Shown piece after piece: positions 31,305-40,937 of a stretch of 64,000 nt of DNA. The stretch spans positions 576,001 through 640,000 of the forward strand of contig OY760074.1 of assembly GCA_963663035.1 (NCBI GenBank). The letters run 5' to 3'. Numbering within the stretch: position 1 is the stretch's first letter; each line of letters begins with the position of its first letter. A program made the translations under genes and the position numbers. The notes beneath the pieces were generated by a model. The model was given only the letters and a program-made list of their open reading frames with translations, ran no database searches and was not told the origin of the DNA. Source of the DNA: Acidobacteriota bacterium. Lineage in GTDB: Bacteria > Acidobacteriota > UBA6911 > RPQK01 > JADFOI01.

Positions 31305-32342
31305 ATGCGTAGGTGGAAGCGATTTCGCACCACGATTCGCGAATGGAAGATGGTTGCACGGGCCTTAGTCTCCACGGGCCATCCGATGTTGGTGCATCTC
31401 ATTCCTATGCGCCGATGCAATTTATCCTGTGCCTATTGTAATGAATACGATGATTTCTCTGAGCCGGTATCTACCGAGCTCATTGCTCGGCGAATTCGTC
31501 GACTGGCCAAACTGGGCACCTCAATCATTACCATTAGTGGCGGCGAGCCTCTCATGCATCCCGAGTTGGAGAGTATCATCGCTGAGATCCGCCGACGAGG
31601 AATGATTTCTGGTCTGATTACCAATGGCTATTTGCTGTCTCGAAAGCGTATCCGAGCTCTGAACGAAGCTGGCTTGGAGCATCTGCAGATCAGTATCGAC
31701 AACGTCGAGCCCGATGAGACTTCCATGAAGAGCTTGAAGGTGCTGGATAAGAAGCTTCGCTACCTGGCTGAGTTGGCAGACTTCAAAGTCAACATCAACT
31801 CTGTCTTAGGGTCAGAGGTGAATAACCCGGAAGATGCACTCATCATCGGGCGTCGGGCAGTGGAGTTGGGCTTCACTTGCACAGTAGGCCTCATTCACGA
31901 CGGCGGTGGCACGCTCAAAGCGCTGGGTGAGCGGGAGAAGGAAATTTATTACCAGGTGAGAGATCTCGGGAGGAAGAGCTATGCGCGCGTGAATCGTTAC
32001 TTTCAGGAAAAGCTGGTGACTGGAAACTCCAACGACTGGCGCTGCCGCGCGGGTGCTCGCTACTTATACGTGTGTGAAGAGGGTCTCGTCCACTATTGCT
32101 CGCAGCAGAGAGGCTATCCTGGTATTCCCCTGAAAGAGTACACACGGGAACACATTCGCCGTGAGTTTCTCACCCAAAAACCGTGTGCCCCGAATTGCAC
32201 AATCTCCTGCGTCCATCACGCTTCCATGGCGGATTTCTGGCGTGCGCCTCAAAAACTCGAGGCCTTTGTCCCACAAGGTAAACCAAAGGTTCAGCTTCCT
32301 TCAAAGCCCGGTCCCATGGAAGATCTTCTGCAGCTGGACTAG
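31305..32342 (+). CDS. Radical SAM protein
   Basis: CNLSCAYC, SGGEP, C-terminal Cys cluster. Confidence 0.9.
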   Translation: MRRWKRFRTTIREWKMVARALVSTGHPMLVHLIPMRRCNLSCAYCNEYDDFSEPVSTELIARRIRRLAKLGTSIITISGGEPLMHPELESIIAEIRRRGMISGLITNGYLLSRKRIRALNEAGLEHLQISIDNVEPDETSMKSLKVLDKKLRYLAELADFKVNINSVLGSEVNNPEDALIIGRRAVELGFTCTVGLIHDGGGTLKALGEREKEIYYQVRDLGRKSYARVNRYFQEKLVTGNSNDWRCRAGARYLYVCEEGLVHYCSQQRGYPGIPLKEYTREHIRREFLTQKPCAPNCTISCVHHASMADFWRAPQKLEAFVPQGKPKVQLPSKPGPMEDLLQLD

Positions 32343-32405
32343 GCAGATATCTGAAGCCCGAAATCCACCAACACCAGCACTGGCTCACTTGGAGAGGTCG
32401 ATTCT

Positions 32406-32861
32406 ATGCAAGGGATTGTGGAAAGAATCTATGTCGTTCCCCAGGGCGGAGAAGACATGCAAAGGGTCAGTCAGGTCGAAGCTCTGGCCGACTGTGGCCT
32501 GCAAGGTGATCGCTACTGCAAGCGCACGGGCTACTGGACCGATGTCGATGAATGTCAAGTGACGCTGATAGAATCGGAGAACCTCGAGGAGATCGAAAGG
32601 ACAGGTGGCGTTCGTGTTGGCAATGGTGAGCACCGACGCAATTTGATCACAAGTGGTATCCAGTTGGAGAATTTGCGAGGTAAGCGGTTTCAGATTGGAC
32701 AGGCTGTATTGGAATACGACAGGCCCCGCCCACCCTGCAGTTATATTCAGTCCATCACGGAACCGGGCATGACCAGAGCCCTGGTGGGACGCAGCGGAAT
32801 CTGTGCCAGAGTGGTCCAGTCAGGGTTGATACGAGACGAAGATACGATTAATGTGCTCTGA
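32406..32861 (+). CDS. MOSC domain protein
   Basis: GLQGDRY, RRNL, RPPC. Confidence 0.88.
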   Translation: MQGIVERIYVVPQGGEDMQRVSQVEALADCGLQGDRYCKRTGYWTDVDECQVTLIESENLEEIERTGGVRVGNGEHRRNLITSGIQLENLRGKRFQIGQAVLEYDRPRPPCSYIQSITEPGMTRALVGRSGICARVVQSGLIRDEDTINVL

Positions 32862-33558
32862 GTCCCACAGAACTGGTCGGCAGCAGTTTCCGGGCCTCTG
32901 CAAAAACCTCATCAAACATCTCTCTGGTCAATCGTCCCGTTTGGGTGTTCTGCTGACTGGGGTGATAGGAACAAATCAGTGTCGTTTCATCATCCAGGCG
33001 ACAGCTTCTACCGTGAGCGAACTGAGGTCGAGGCTTCGGCACGGGCCCTCCAAGCTCTTCCCGGGCGAGCAAATATGCCCGCCAGGCGATCCTTCCCAAC
33101 ACGACGACTACACGGACACTGTTCAGCAGTTGCAGTTCTCGTCTGAGGTAGTCTCGGCAAGTTTCCAATTCCTCCGGCGCCGGTTTGTTGCCTGGTGGCA
33201 CACAGTGGAGAGCGGCCGTAATTCGGGCGTCCAACAGGCGCAATCCGTCTTTCCGGTGTTGGCTGGAGGGTTGATTACAAAATCCGAACCTGTGGAGGGT
33301 TTCAAAAAGAAAGTCCCCACTCCGGTCTCCTGTGAACATTCGACCGGTGCGATTGGATCCATGGGCACCTGGGGCCAACCCCAGGATGAGCAAGTGGGTA
33401 TGCCGAACTCCCAGCGAGGGAACCGGTTTCCCCCAGTAGGTGCTGTGCTGGAATGCGCGACGCTTCTCCCGCGCCACCCTCTCCCGATACTCTACCAAGC
33501 GGGGGCAAAGACGACACCCCACAATCTCTTTTTGAATTTCGCTGAGTTTGCCTGCCAT
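32848..33558 (-). CDS. Uracil-DNA glycosylase family 5 (UdgB-like)
   Basis: CRLCPRL, GLAPGAHGSNRTGRMFTGD, YHPSQQN. Confidence 0.92.
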   Translation of the reverse strand: MAGKLSEIQKEIVGCRLCPRLVEYRERVAREKRRAFQHSTYWGKPVPSLGVRHTHLLILGLAPGAHGSNRTGRMFTGDRSGDFLFETLHRFGFCNQPSSQHRKDGLRLLDARITAALHCVPPGNKPAPEELETCRDYLRRELQLLNSVRVVVVLGRIAWRAYLLAREELGGPVPKPRPQFAHGRSCRLDDETTLICSYHPSQQNTQTGRLTREMFDEVFAEARKLLPTSSVGLRAH

Positions 33559-33621
33559 GTTATGTTCGTGCTTTCGTTTTGGAGCACTAAGCCCGACTAA
33601 ACCATTGTAGAGTGAAAAGCT

Positions 33622-34377
33622 GTGACTAGCACTGAAATCCTTTACGCTATAGGAAGTGTGGTTCTGGTGAGTCTGTTCTCGCTTGTGGGCATTCTTCTGC
33701 TCCTCCTCCAGGATAAAATTCTCAATTACGTGACTATTTTGCTGGTCAGTTTCAGCTCGGGAAGCCTCTTTGGAGACGCGTTTATTCACCTACTTCCGGA
33801 AACAGTGGGGAGAAATGGATTTACCATCGCGGTTTCCCTTTACATTTTGTGTGGTATCGCGGGTTCCTTTGTAGTGGAAAAGGTCGTTCAGTGGCGGCAC
33901 GTTCATTCGCCTGCACAGGGGGAGATGGCAGCTTTTGCCTACATGAATCTCCTGGGTGACGCTGTTCACAATTTTCTCGACGGGATAGTCATTGCGAGTG
34001 CCTATGCGCTCGATATTCGTGTGGGAGTCGCTACTACCATTGCCATCTTATTCCATGAGATCCCCCAGGAAATGGGAGATTTCGGTGTGCTGGTTCATGG
34101 CGGCATCAGCCGTTCAAAAGCTCTCTTCTTCAATTTTGTCACCGCTTTGACAGCGCTGGGGGGAGCGCTGGTGACGATCATCCTCATTAATTTTGCCGAG
34201 CAGATGACCGTTTTCTTGATCCCCTTCTCAGCCGGTACCTTCATCTATATCGCCGGATCCGATCTCATTCCCCAGCTTCACAAGGAGAAGGAAGTGAGAG
34301 ATTCCCTGTTGCAGTTGCTGTTCTTCGGATTGGGGATAGCCGTAATGCTTATCCTGGCTTGGGGAAGCGGCGGCTAG
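33622..34377 (+). CDS. ZIP-family metal transporter
   Basis: HLLPE, HNFLDG, HEIPQE. Confidence 0.92.
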   Translation: MTSTEILYAIGSVVLVSLFSLVGILLLLLQDKILNYVTILLVSFSSGSLFGDAFIHLLPETVGRNGFTIAVSLYILCGIAGSFVVEKVVQWRHVHSPAQGEMAAFAYMNLLGDAVHNFLDGIVIASAYALDIRVGVATTIAILFHEIPQEMGDFGVLVHGGISRSKALFFNFVTALTALGGALVTIILINFAEQMTVFLIPFSAGTFIYIAGSDLIPQLHKEKEVRDSLLQLLFFGLGIAVMLILAWGSGG

Positions 34378-34577
34378 TCCGCATTTCTCACACCAGGTCG
34401 TTGCGAAGCGGCGAAAGGGCTGGAAAGCAGAGCCGTGGGCTTTAGCCCACGGGCCCGCAGGCTAAAGCCTGCGGCTCCGACTGGCGCGCGAGGGGTACCC
34501 GCTTGTGCGGGTCGCGCAACACAGGCAGGGCGGATCATTGCGCCGATGCAGTAGAGCGGGTGTGAGAAGTGCGGACT
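34376..34577 (+). mobile_element. MITE-like element, TIR type A, carrying a REP doublet
   Basis: AGTCCGCATTTCTCACACC...GGTGTGAGAAGTGCGGACT; overlaps the ZIP stop TAG. Confidence 0.85.
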
Positions 34578-34581
34578 GAAT

Positions 34582-36244
34582 TCAGGATTGGGCAGGAATG
34601 TTGGAAAAGTGGCAGCTGGAACCGCGGCCTTGCGCTTTGGCAAAGTAAAGCGCCTCATCAGCCTGAGCGAAAAGTTCCGGAATGGTGGTGCTGTTGTGAG
34701 GAAAAGTTGAGCAACCAATACTGATGGAGAACTTGGGAATCTCGTCAGACTCCAGAGTGTTGATTTCTTCGATCAACCTATGAGAAAACGCTCCTGCCCC
34801 TTCGATGTCGCTTGTTGGAAGGAGCACACCGAATTCATCACCTCCACAGCGTCCCGCTAAATCCGCGGGACGGGTGGTGTTTCCCAGCATAGTGGCGAGA
34901 CACCGTAAGATTTTGTCCCCCACAGACTGTCCGCCCTTGTCGTTAATTGCTTTGAAATGGTCCATATCCATGAGTATGAGCGAAAGTGGAGAATTCTGGC
35001 GTCGGGCCCGAGCGAACTCTTGCTCCACTCGTTCGGAAAAATAGCTATCATTTGCTAGGCCGGTAAGCTTGTCAGTACGAGCCTCACTTTCAAATTCTTT
35101 CGAGACCTGGACATGCTGAAGAGCCAAGATCATCTGGCCAGTCAAAACTGGAATTTCCTGATGTCCTGCGAGCTCCACTCCTCCTTCGCATGTCGATAGA
35201 CGGCAAGAATCCCCGAAGGGTGACCCACGGAGTTCCACGATTTTCCCATATAGCTCTGGTAGGGATAAAGGTGAGCATCGTCTTTTTCGACAAACTGGGG
35301 ATCCTGCTTGAGGGCCGAAGAAGTATAGATCTCACTGGATTGATAGGTGGCTTGGTGGATACTCTGGCTGATGTCAAGGGCAGGGGATTTCGTAGGCGTG
35401 AATCCCTGACCGATCTGATAGGTAATTCGCTCTCCTTCAATAAGGGCGAACTCACAGCCGTCAGCCATCATGATGTCGTTGATCAGTTTAGGGATTTTGG
35501 GGTACAGAACCTCCAAATCTTCAGTTTGCACCAGGGCTTCTCCAAAGTCGAAGAGGATCCCTGACCGATCTGATAGGTAATTCGCTCTCCTTCAATAAGG
35601 GCGAACTCACAGCCGTCAGCCATCATGATGTCGTTGATCAGTTTAGGGATTTTGGGGTACAGAACCTCCAAATCTTCAGTTTGCACCAGGGCTTCTCCAA
35701 AGTCGAAGAGGCCCGACGAAATCTCTATCACTGCTTGCTTCTTCTCCCGCCCAAGGTTCTGGAAGTAAACGAGATAGCCAAAGAACAGGCCGACAATAAA
35801 CAGGAGAGGGATACGCAGTAAGAACCCCTCGGTGAAGGAGAAAACCCCTGATCTGTAAACCAGCAGGACGTACAGGCCACTGCTGATCAAAACTCCCACC
35901 ACAGAGGTCTTTAGATCCTGAGCGGCTGCAGCCATCAGCAGGATGATGAAGAAGAAAAGATAGAAATCTGAGACTGACTGACCGGTCAAATAAATGGCAA
36001 GTCCAACCATCAGGATGTTCAAGGAAGCCAGAGCGAAGTCGACTTTCGAACTCTCAAAATACTGTAAGGGGAGAAAAAAGAGGCCAGCATTGAGGACAGC
36101 ATTCACGACGACAAGCGCCACAAGCGCCGCCGGGCTGGAGTCGTCTGGAAGTGTGTTGAAAGAGAGGAGGTAGGCAATGCCCAGAGCCAGCAGCCATTGA
36201 AGCCAAAGAACATACTGGCGCTTTTCGGTAAGAATATCCTTCAT
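34582..36244 (-). pseudogene. Membrane GAF-GGDEF diguanylate cyclase, disrupted by a 155-bp duplication and a 1-bp frameshift
   Basis: TM N-terminus, GAF-like middle, DKLTGL, DMDHFK, RPAD I-site, GGDEF; three ORF pieces; possibly an assembly error. Confidence 0.8.
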
Positions 36245-36288
36245 ATTAATACTTAACATAGGCAAGCTCCTGAGAACAAGCGGGCTTG

Positions 36289-36562
36289 AGTGTCTCGTCC
36301 CATGAATACCATGACGTTTGTGGCGAGCGCGACGGCGTCGAGTTCGCGAAGCGACGACGACGCGATGTCACTGACATCGTGGAGGAGGAGCGACAAAGAA
36401 ATCGATGCCGTCCCGCCGCCACCCTTCGGGCTGATGGGGGTTGCGGGCGATCTCTGCGTCGCTCGTCGTCGCCGATGTCCCTGCATCACCTCCTCCTCGC
36501 TCCTTGATCTCCCCTCCCAAGCCCCATCAGCAAATGTCTGGGTATACATGGGACGAGGCACT
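36289..36562. mobile_element. MITE-like element, TIR type C
   Basis: AGTGTCTCGTCCCATGAATACC ... GGTATACATGGGACGAGGCACT (20/22 inverted match), GC-rich self-complementary interior. Confidence 0.75.
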
Positions 36563-36620
36563 ACACGGGATGGTCCTTCAGAAGGGCTTCGACGTTGACC
36601 CCGTGCTATACTTCGAGCTT

Positions 36621-37223
36621 ATGACGACGGCTCGCCTAAGGTTAGACAAAATTCCACATACCCGGTTACCCACGAGGTCCGGTGACTTTGAACTCTTCGG
36701 CTTCGAAAACGAAGTGGATGGGGAGGAGGCTGTGGCATTAGTAAAGGGGAAGCTGGACGGCGATCTGGTCCCACTGGTTCGGATTCATTCTCAATGCTTC
36801 ACAGGTGACACACTGCACTCTTTGAAGTGCGATTGTGGTGAGCAGTTGGAGCAGGCACTGGCCAGGATTGAAGCTTCAGGCTGTGGAGTTCTCATCTATC
36901 AAATGCAGGAAGGACGTGGAATTGGGCTCCTCAACAAGCTGTACGCGTACGAACTGCAGGATCGTGGAGTCGACACAGTCGAAGCAAACTTGCAGCTGGG
37001 TTTTGAAGCGGATCAGCGCTCTTACGGTTTCTGTGCCCAAATATTGAAGTATTTTGGTATGAAGGCAATCCGCCTGATGTCAAACAATCCGGATAAGATT
37101 CTAGGCGTGAGCAGTGAGGGAATCGAGGTTGTTGAGCGAGTTCCCTTGGTGGTCAGGGCCTCCAGTCTTTCCCGAGAATACTTAAAAACCAAAAAAGAGA
37201 AACTCGGGCACCTCCTGGATTGA
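36621..37223 (+). CDS. ribA: GTP cyclohydrolase II
   Basis: RIHSQCFTGD..SLKCDCG, QEGRGIGL, NNPDK, KKEKLGHLL. Confidence 0.95.
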   Translation: MTTARLRLDKIPHTRLPTRSGDFELFGFENEVDGEEAVALVKGKLDGDLVPLVRIHSQCFTGDTLHSLKCDCGEQLEQALARIEASGCGVLIYQMQEGRGIGLLNKLYAYELQDRGVDTVEANLQLGFEADQRSYGFCAQILKYFGMKAIRLMSNNPDKILGVSSEGIEVVERVPLVVRASSLSREYLKTKKEKLGHLLD

Positions 37224-37784
37224 TCACTGAATTCCGACCACCAGGTCATCAGGTGTCCCCAGGTTCCCATCCGGGCCCGCCGAACTGAGAGCGTAGTCAT
37301 TGACTCCCATCGGCCGGTAAGAAAAAGGGTTGGACCAGGCATCTATCCGCACAACCCGGCTTTGGAACTGTGGCGACAGAATATCCATCAGCTCTTCAAA
37401 ACTTTCAACCTGTGGGGCCTGGTTATTGAGATTGGCGTAGCGGCGGATCCCCTCCCTGATCCGACTCATCTGCTGGAGAGTCGTTGCAGCGCGTTGCTCG
37501 TTGATCACCGCCAGTATATGTTCAGCCCTTTCCCAACGGCGGTCGCCGATGCGAAATTCCTCAATCAACCACTTGCCGTCTTTTTTGATTAACCTGACAG
37601 CAGTCGTGATTCGAACATCTGCTACGGCATGGTCACCCATTTCTCGTACATTGTCTACCTCCACTTGCCTGTCGGAAAGCGAGGCATTTTCAAAGGTACG
37701 GACCTGATCTTGAATTTGTCTTTCCAAACTTTTCCCACAGGCAAACGATCCCAACAAAATGAGAATCAGACCCAACCTTTTCAC
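37224..37784 (-). CDS. Lipoprotein with C-terminal T2SS GspG-like domain
   Basis: Lipobox SFAC; DAWSNPFSY...SSAGPDG..GTPDD. Confidence 0.75.
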   Translation of the reverse strand: MKRLGLILILLGSFACGKSLERQIQDQVRTFENASLSDRQVEVDNVREMGDHAVADVRITTAVRLIKKDGKWLIEEFRIGDRRWERAEHILAVINEQRAATTLQQMSRIREGIRRYANLNNQAPQVESFEELMDILSPQFQSRVVRIDAWSNPFSYRPMGVNDYALSSAGPDGNLGTPDDLVVGIQ

Positions 37785-37838
37785 GTGGGCAATATAGCAT
37801 AATTTGTCATCTTCACCGCGGGAAACGAATCCTCCCAG

Positions 37839-37867
37839 TTGACAAGCGGAGGAGGCGAGCCTATCCT
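37839..37867 (+). promoter_or_regulatory. Sigma70-type promoter for recG
   Basis: TTGACA-17bp-TATCCT. Confidence 0.55.
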
Positions 37868-37917
37868 AGTGAACAAAAGGTGAAACAAGGGTTTTTTTCA
37901 CTGAACGACCGCACCAC

Positions 37918-39981
37918 TTGAAGCAAATGCCCGTCACCCTTCAATCACTGGTTCAGGAGATCAGAGGAGTAGGACCCAGGAGGGCTGAGATGTTCTCCCG
38001 GGTCAAGATTTGGACCGTAGAAGATCTGCTGAAGTACAAGCCCTTTCGCTACGAGGACAGAACCACTTTTCGGTTGATAAGGGAGTTGGAACCAGACGGA
38101 GAAGCAGTCATAGAGGGTGAGGTTTCGGGAACAGACCGCTACACAACTCCCATGAGAAGGATGAGAATCTTTCAGATGCGGGTGAGGGACAGCTCCGGTT
38201 CTTTGCAGGTCAAGTTCTTCAATCAGCCTTACCTGAACAGGGTATTCCGAAAGGGACAGACGGTGATCCTTTATGGCAGCCCTCGTTTGGACGAATACGG
38301 TGATGGGCTTTCGATGCTCAATCCGGAGTACGAAGTTCTGGAGCGTGGATCAGACAGGAAGGTGCATACGGGATGTATTGTGCCGATTTATCGAAGGATT
38401 GGTCGGCTGACGACCCGAACGCTGCGCCAGATCATCTCTCAATTGCTGGAAGACTTGCCGCAGCAGCTTGACGATTCACTCCCCTCGTTTGTTCTCCGGA
38501 AGTACAGTTTTCCTGATCGAAAGTGGGCCTTTCAGGAGCTTCATTTCCCCAAACTCCCGCTTGGAGTCTCGAAAGAGACCTACCTGAGAGAGCTTGAGTT
38601 GAACCAGACAACGTCCCATCAAAGGCTCATCTTTGAAGAGTTCTTCCTGTTTCAACTCCGACTTCAATTCATCAAAAAACAGCGCGAGATGGTATCTAAG
38701 AAGAGAGTGATCCGGCTCCAGAAGCAAATCCGACAAAGGATGAAATCGATTCTTCCGTTCCAACCGACCTCTGCCCAAAAGCGAGTTCTGAAAGAGATCG
38801 GAGATGATCTGTGCAGTCCCAGGGTCATGAATCGGCTGCTCCAGGGAGAGGTCGGATCGGGAAAGACGATCGTGGCCCTCCAGGCCATGATTCTTGTCAT
38901 CGAAAACGGCTATCAGGCCGTGCTTATGGCACCTACGGAAATATTAGCTGATCAACACTTCTACACTGCTTGCCAGTCTCTGAGCAACACCAGTTATCAT
39001 GTGGCAGTGCTCACCGGTAGTGTCAAAGGGAAAAAGCGAGAAGGACTTCTCCGTCAACTTCGATCAGGGGAAGTGGATTTGCTCATCGGGACCCATGCCC
39101 TCATTCAAGAGGGAGTGGAGTTCAAAAACTTGGGTTTGGTGGTTATCGACGAGCAGCATCGGTTTGGCGTCCTGCAAAGGTCCCGCTTAACGAGGAAAGG
39201 AGATCTTCCGGAGACTCTGGTGATGACGGCCACACCGATCCCTCGAAGTCTGGCACTGACGCTTTATGGTGATTTAGATGTCTCGATCCTGGATGAAGTG
39301 CCGCCGGGCAGGCAGCCTGTTAAGACCATTGTCAAAGGTGAGCAGAGCCGTCAGGAAGTCTATGCCGCTGTTGGCCGTGAATTGGAAAGAGGCCGGCAGG
39401 CCTTTGTTGTTTATCCGCTCATCGAAGAATCTGAAAAAGTTGATCTCCGAGCGGCAACTGAAATGGCCGAACTCTTGCAGAGGGAGGTCTTTCCCGACTT
39501 AAAGGTGGCCTTGATGCACGGGCGGCTTAAAGAGGTTGAGAAGGGATTTCTCATGCGGAGCTTCAGAGCTGGTGAAATTCACGTCCTCGTCTCCACGACC
39601 GTGATCGAAGTCGGCATTGATGTTCCCAACGCAACTCTCATGGTGATTGAGCATGCCGAACGATTTGGTCTTTCTCAGCTCCATCAATTAAGAGGGAGAG
39701 TCGGTCGCGGTCAGCACCCCGGTCTCTGCGTCCTGATGACTGAGGGACTTCACTCCCGCGCGGCCTACCAGAGACTCGAGATTATGTGCCAGACCAATGA
39801 CGGATTTCAGATAGCTGAAAGAGATCTGGCAATCCGGGGGCCCGGCGAATTTTTCGGTACCCGCCAGTCCGGGCTGCCAGAGTTCTTCTTCGGGGATATT
39901 GTTCGTGATCGCAAGGCTTTAGAGTTGGCCCGGCTGGAAGCAAGGCAGTACCTGAGTGCCTCGAACACTGGAGAGAGCTAG
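37918..39981 (+). CDS. recG: ATP-dependent DNA helicase RecG
   Basis: QGEVGSGKT, DEQHRFG, MTATPIPR, QLHQLRGRVGRG, RGPGE. Confidence 0.96.
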   Translation: MKQMPVTLQSLVQEIRGVGPRRAEMFSRVKIWTVEDLLKYKPFRYEDRTTFRLIRELEPDGEAVIEGEVSGTDRYTTPMRRMRIFQMRVRDSSGSLQVKFFNQPYLNRVFRKGQTVILYGSPRLDEYGDGLSMLNPEYEVLERGSDRKVHTGCIVPIYRRIGRLTTRTLRQIISQLLEDLPQQLDDSLPSFVLRKYSFPDRKWAFQELHFPKLPLGVSKETYLRELELNQTTSHQRLIFEEFFLFQLRLQFIKKQREMVSKKRVIRLQKQIRQRMKSILPFQPTSAQKRVLKEIGDDLCSPRVMNRLLQGEVGSGKTIVALQAMILVIENGYQAVLMAPTEILADQHFYTACQSLSNTSYHVAVLTGSVKGKKREGLLRQLRSGEVDLLIGTHALIQEGVEFKNLGLVVIDEQHRFGVLQRSRLTRKGDLPETLVMTATPIPRSLALTLYGDLDVSILDEVPPGRQPVKTIVKGEQSRQEVYAAVGRELERGRQAFVVYPLIEESEKVDLRAATEMAELLQREVFPDLKVALMHGRLKEVEKGFLMRSFRAGEIHVLVSTTVIEVGIDVPNATLMVIEHAERFGLSQLHQLRGRVGRGQHPGLCVLMTEGLHSRAAYQRLEIMCQTNDGFQIAERDLAIRGPGEFFGTRQSGLPEFFFGDIVRDRKALELARLEARQYLSASNTGES

Positions 39982-40239
39982 CCCGGATTATGCATAGGTT
40001 CTCGTCACGAAGCGACGAAAGCGCTGACAACCATCGCCCTGGGCTTTAGCCCACGGGCCCGCAGGCTAAAGCCTGCGGCTCCGACTGGCGCGTGAGGGGT
40101 ACCCGCCATGGGGTCGGCCCCCGCAAACGTACTCTTGAGTACGTTGAGGAGTCGAGGGGTACCCGCTTGCGGGTCGCGCAACGCTGGCAGGGCGGATGAT
40201 TTCGTCGCTGCAGTAGAGAATTTAAGCATTATCCGGGCT
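39980..40239 (+). mobile_element. MITE-like element, TIR type B, carrying a REP doublet
   Basis: AGCCCGGATTATGCATA...TAAGCATTATCCGGGCT; overlaps the recG stop TAG. Confidence 0.85.
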
Positions 40240-40250
40240 TAGAACCAGTT

Positions 40251-40805
40251 ATGCGGATTATCGCTGGTAAGTATCGAGGACGGCGTCTGGCAGCCGTTCC
40301 AAAACATGTCCGGCCCAGCACTGATCGCCTGCGGGAAACCTTATTTAACATCGTGGCTGGTTCGGTAAAAGAATCTGTGTGGCTGGATCTCTTCGCCGGG
40401 TCAGGGGCAGTGGGTATCGAAGCACTCAGCCGAGGTGCCCGTCACCTCATCCTCAACGACAGTAGCACCCGGGCCCTCCGCTTGGTGCGAAAGAATTTGG
40501 AGATCTGCCAAGTGGAAGAGAGTTTCGAGATTGCTCAATGGGATGTCTTTGTTTTCCTGAGAAAGTTGGAAGCTCCCGCTCTGGACTTCGTATTTCTTGA
40601 CCCACCTCGCAATTTCGGCCGCTATGAAAAACTTCTGAAAACAGTGGGGAACCTCCCCTTCCTGCAGCCAGACACCTGGATAATTTTAGAGGCCTTTAAG
40701 AAGACCAAGCTGGACTGCTTTCCCGACACCCTTAACGTCTTTCGCCGGCTTCGAGTTGGAGACAGTCAATTGGTCTTTCTTCGTCCCCTGGTTAGAGGAC
40801 CCTAA
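40251..40805 (+). CDS. rsmD: 16S rRNA m2G966 methyltransferase
   Basis: MRIIAG..RPSTDRLRE, LDLFAGSG, EALSRG, FLDPP. Confidence 0.93.
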   Translation: MRIIAGKYRGRRLAAVPKHVRPSTDRLRETLFNIVAGSVKESVWLDLFAGSGAVGIEALSRGARHLILNDSSTRALRLVRKNLEICQVEESFEIAQWDVFVFLRKLEAPALDFVFLDPPRNFGRYEKLLKTVGNLPFLQPDTWIILEAFKKTKLDCFPDTLNVFRRLRVGDSQLVFLRPLVRGP

Positions 40806-40937
40806 TGAGTGGTAAATGTTACTACGTATCGTCCCAGCATTTGTGTCTTGGCGGTTGCTGGGTGGAAAGAGTATAATCCCGAGAACGAGGTAGAGAACAG
40901 CAAGTCAGAATTCTTTTCGTTTCAGGAGGATGGTTCA

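Noticed and set aside
36441-36620. N-terminal extension of RibA, or an FMN riboswitch upstream
   Set aside because: The extension runs through the type C element; no FMN riboswitch consensus seen; ATG 36621 fits better
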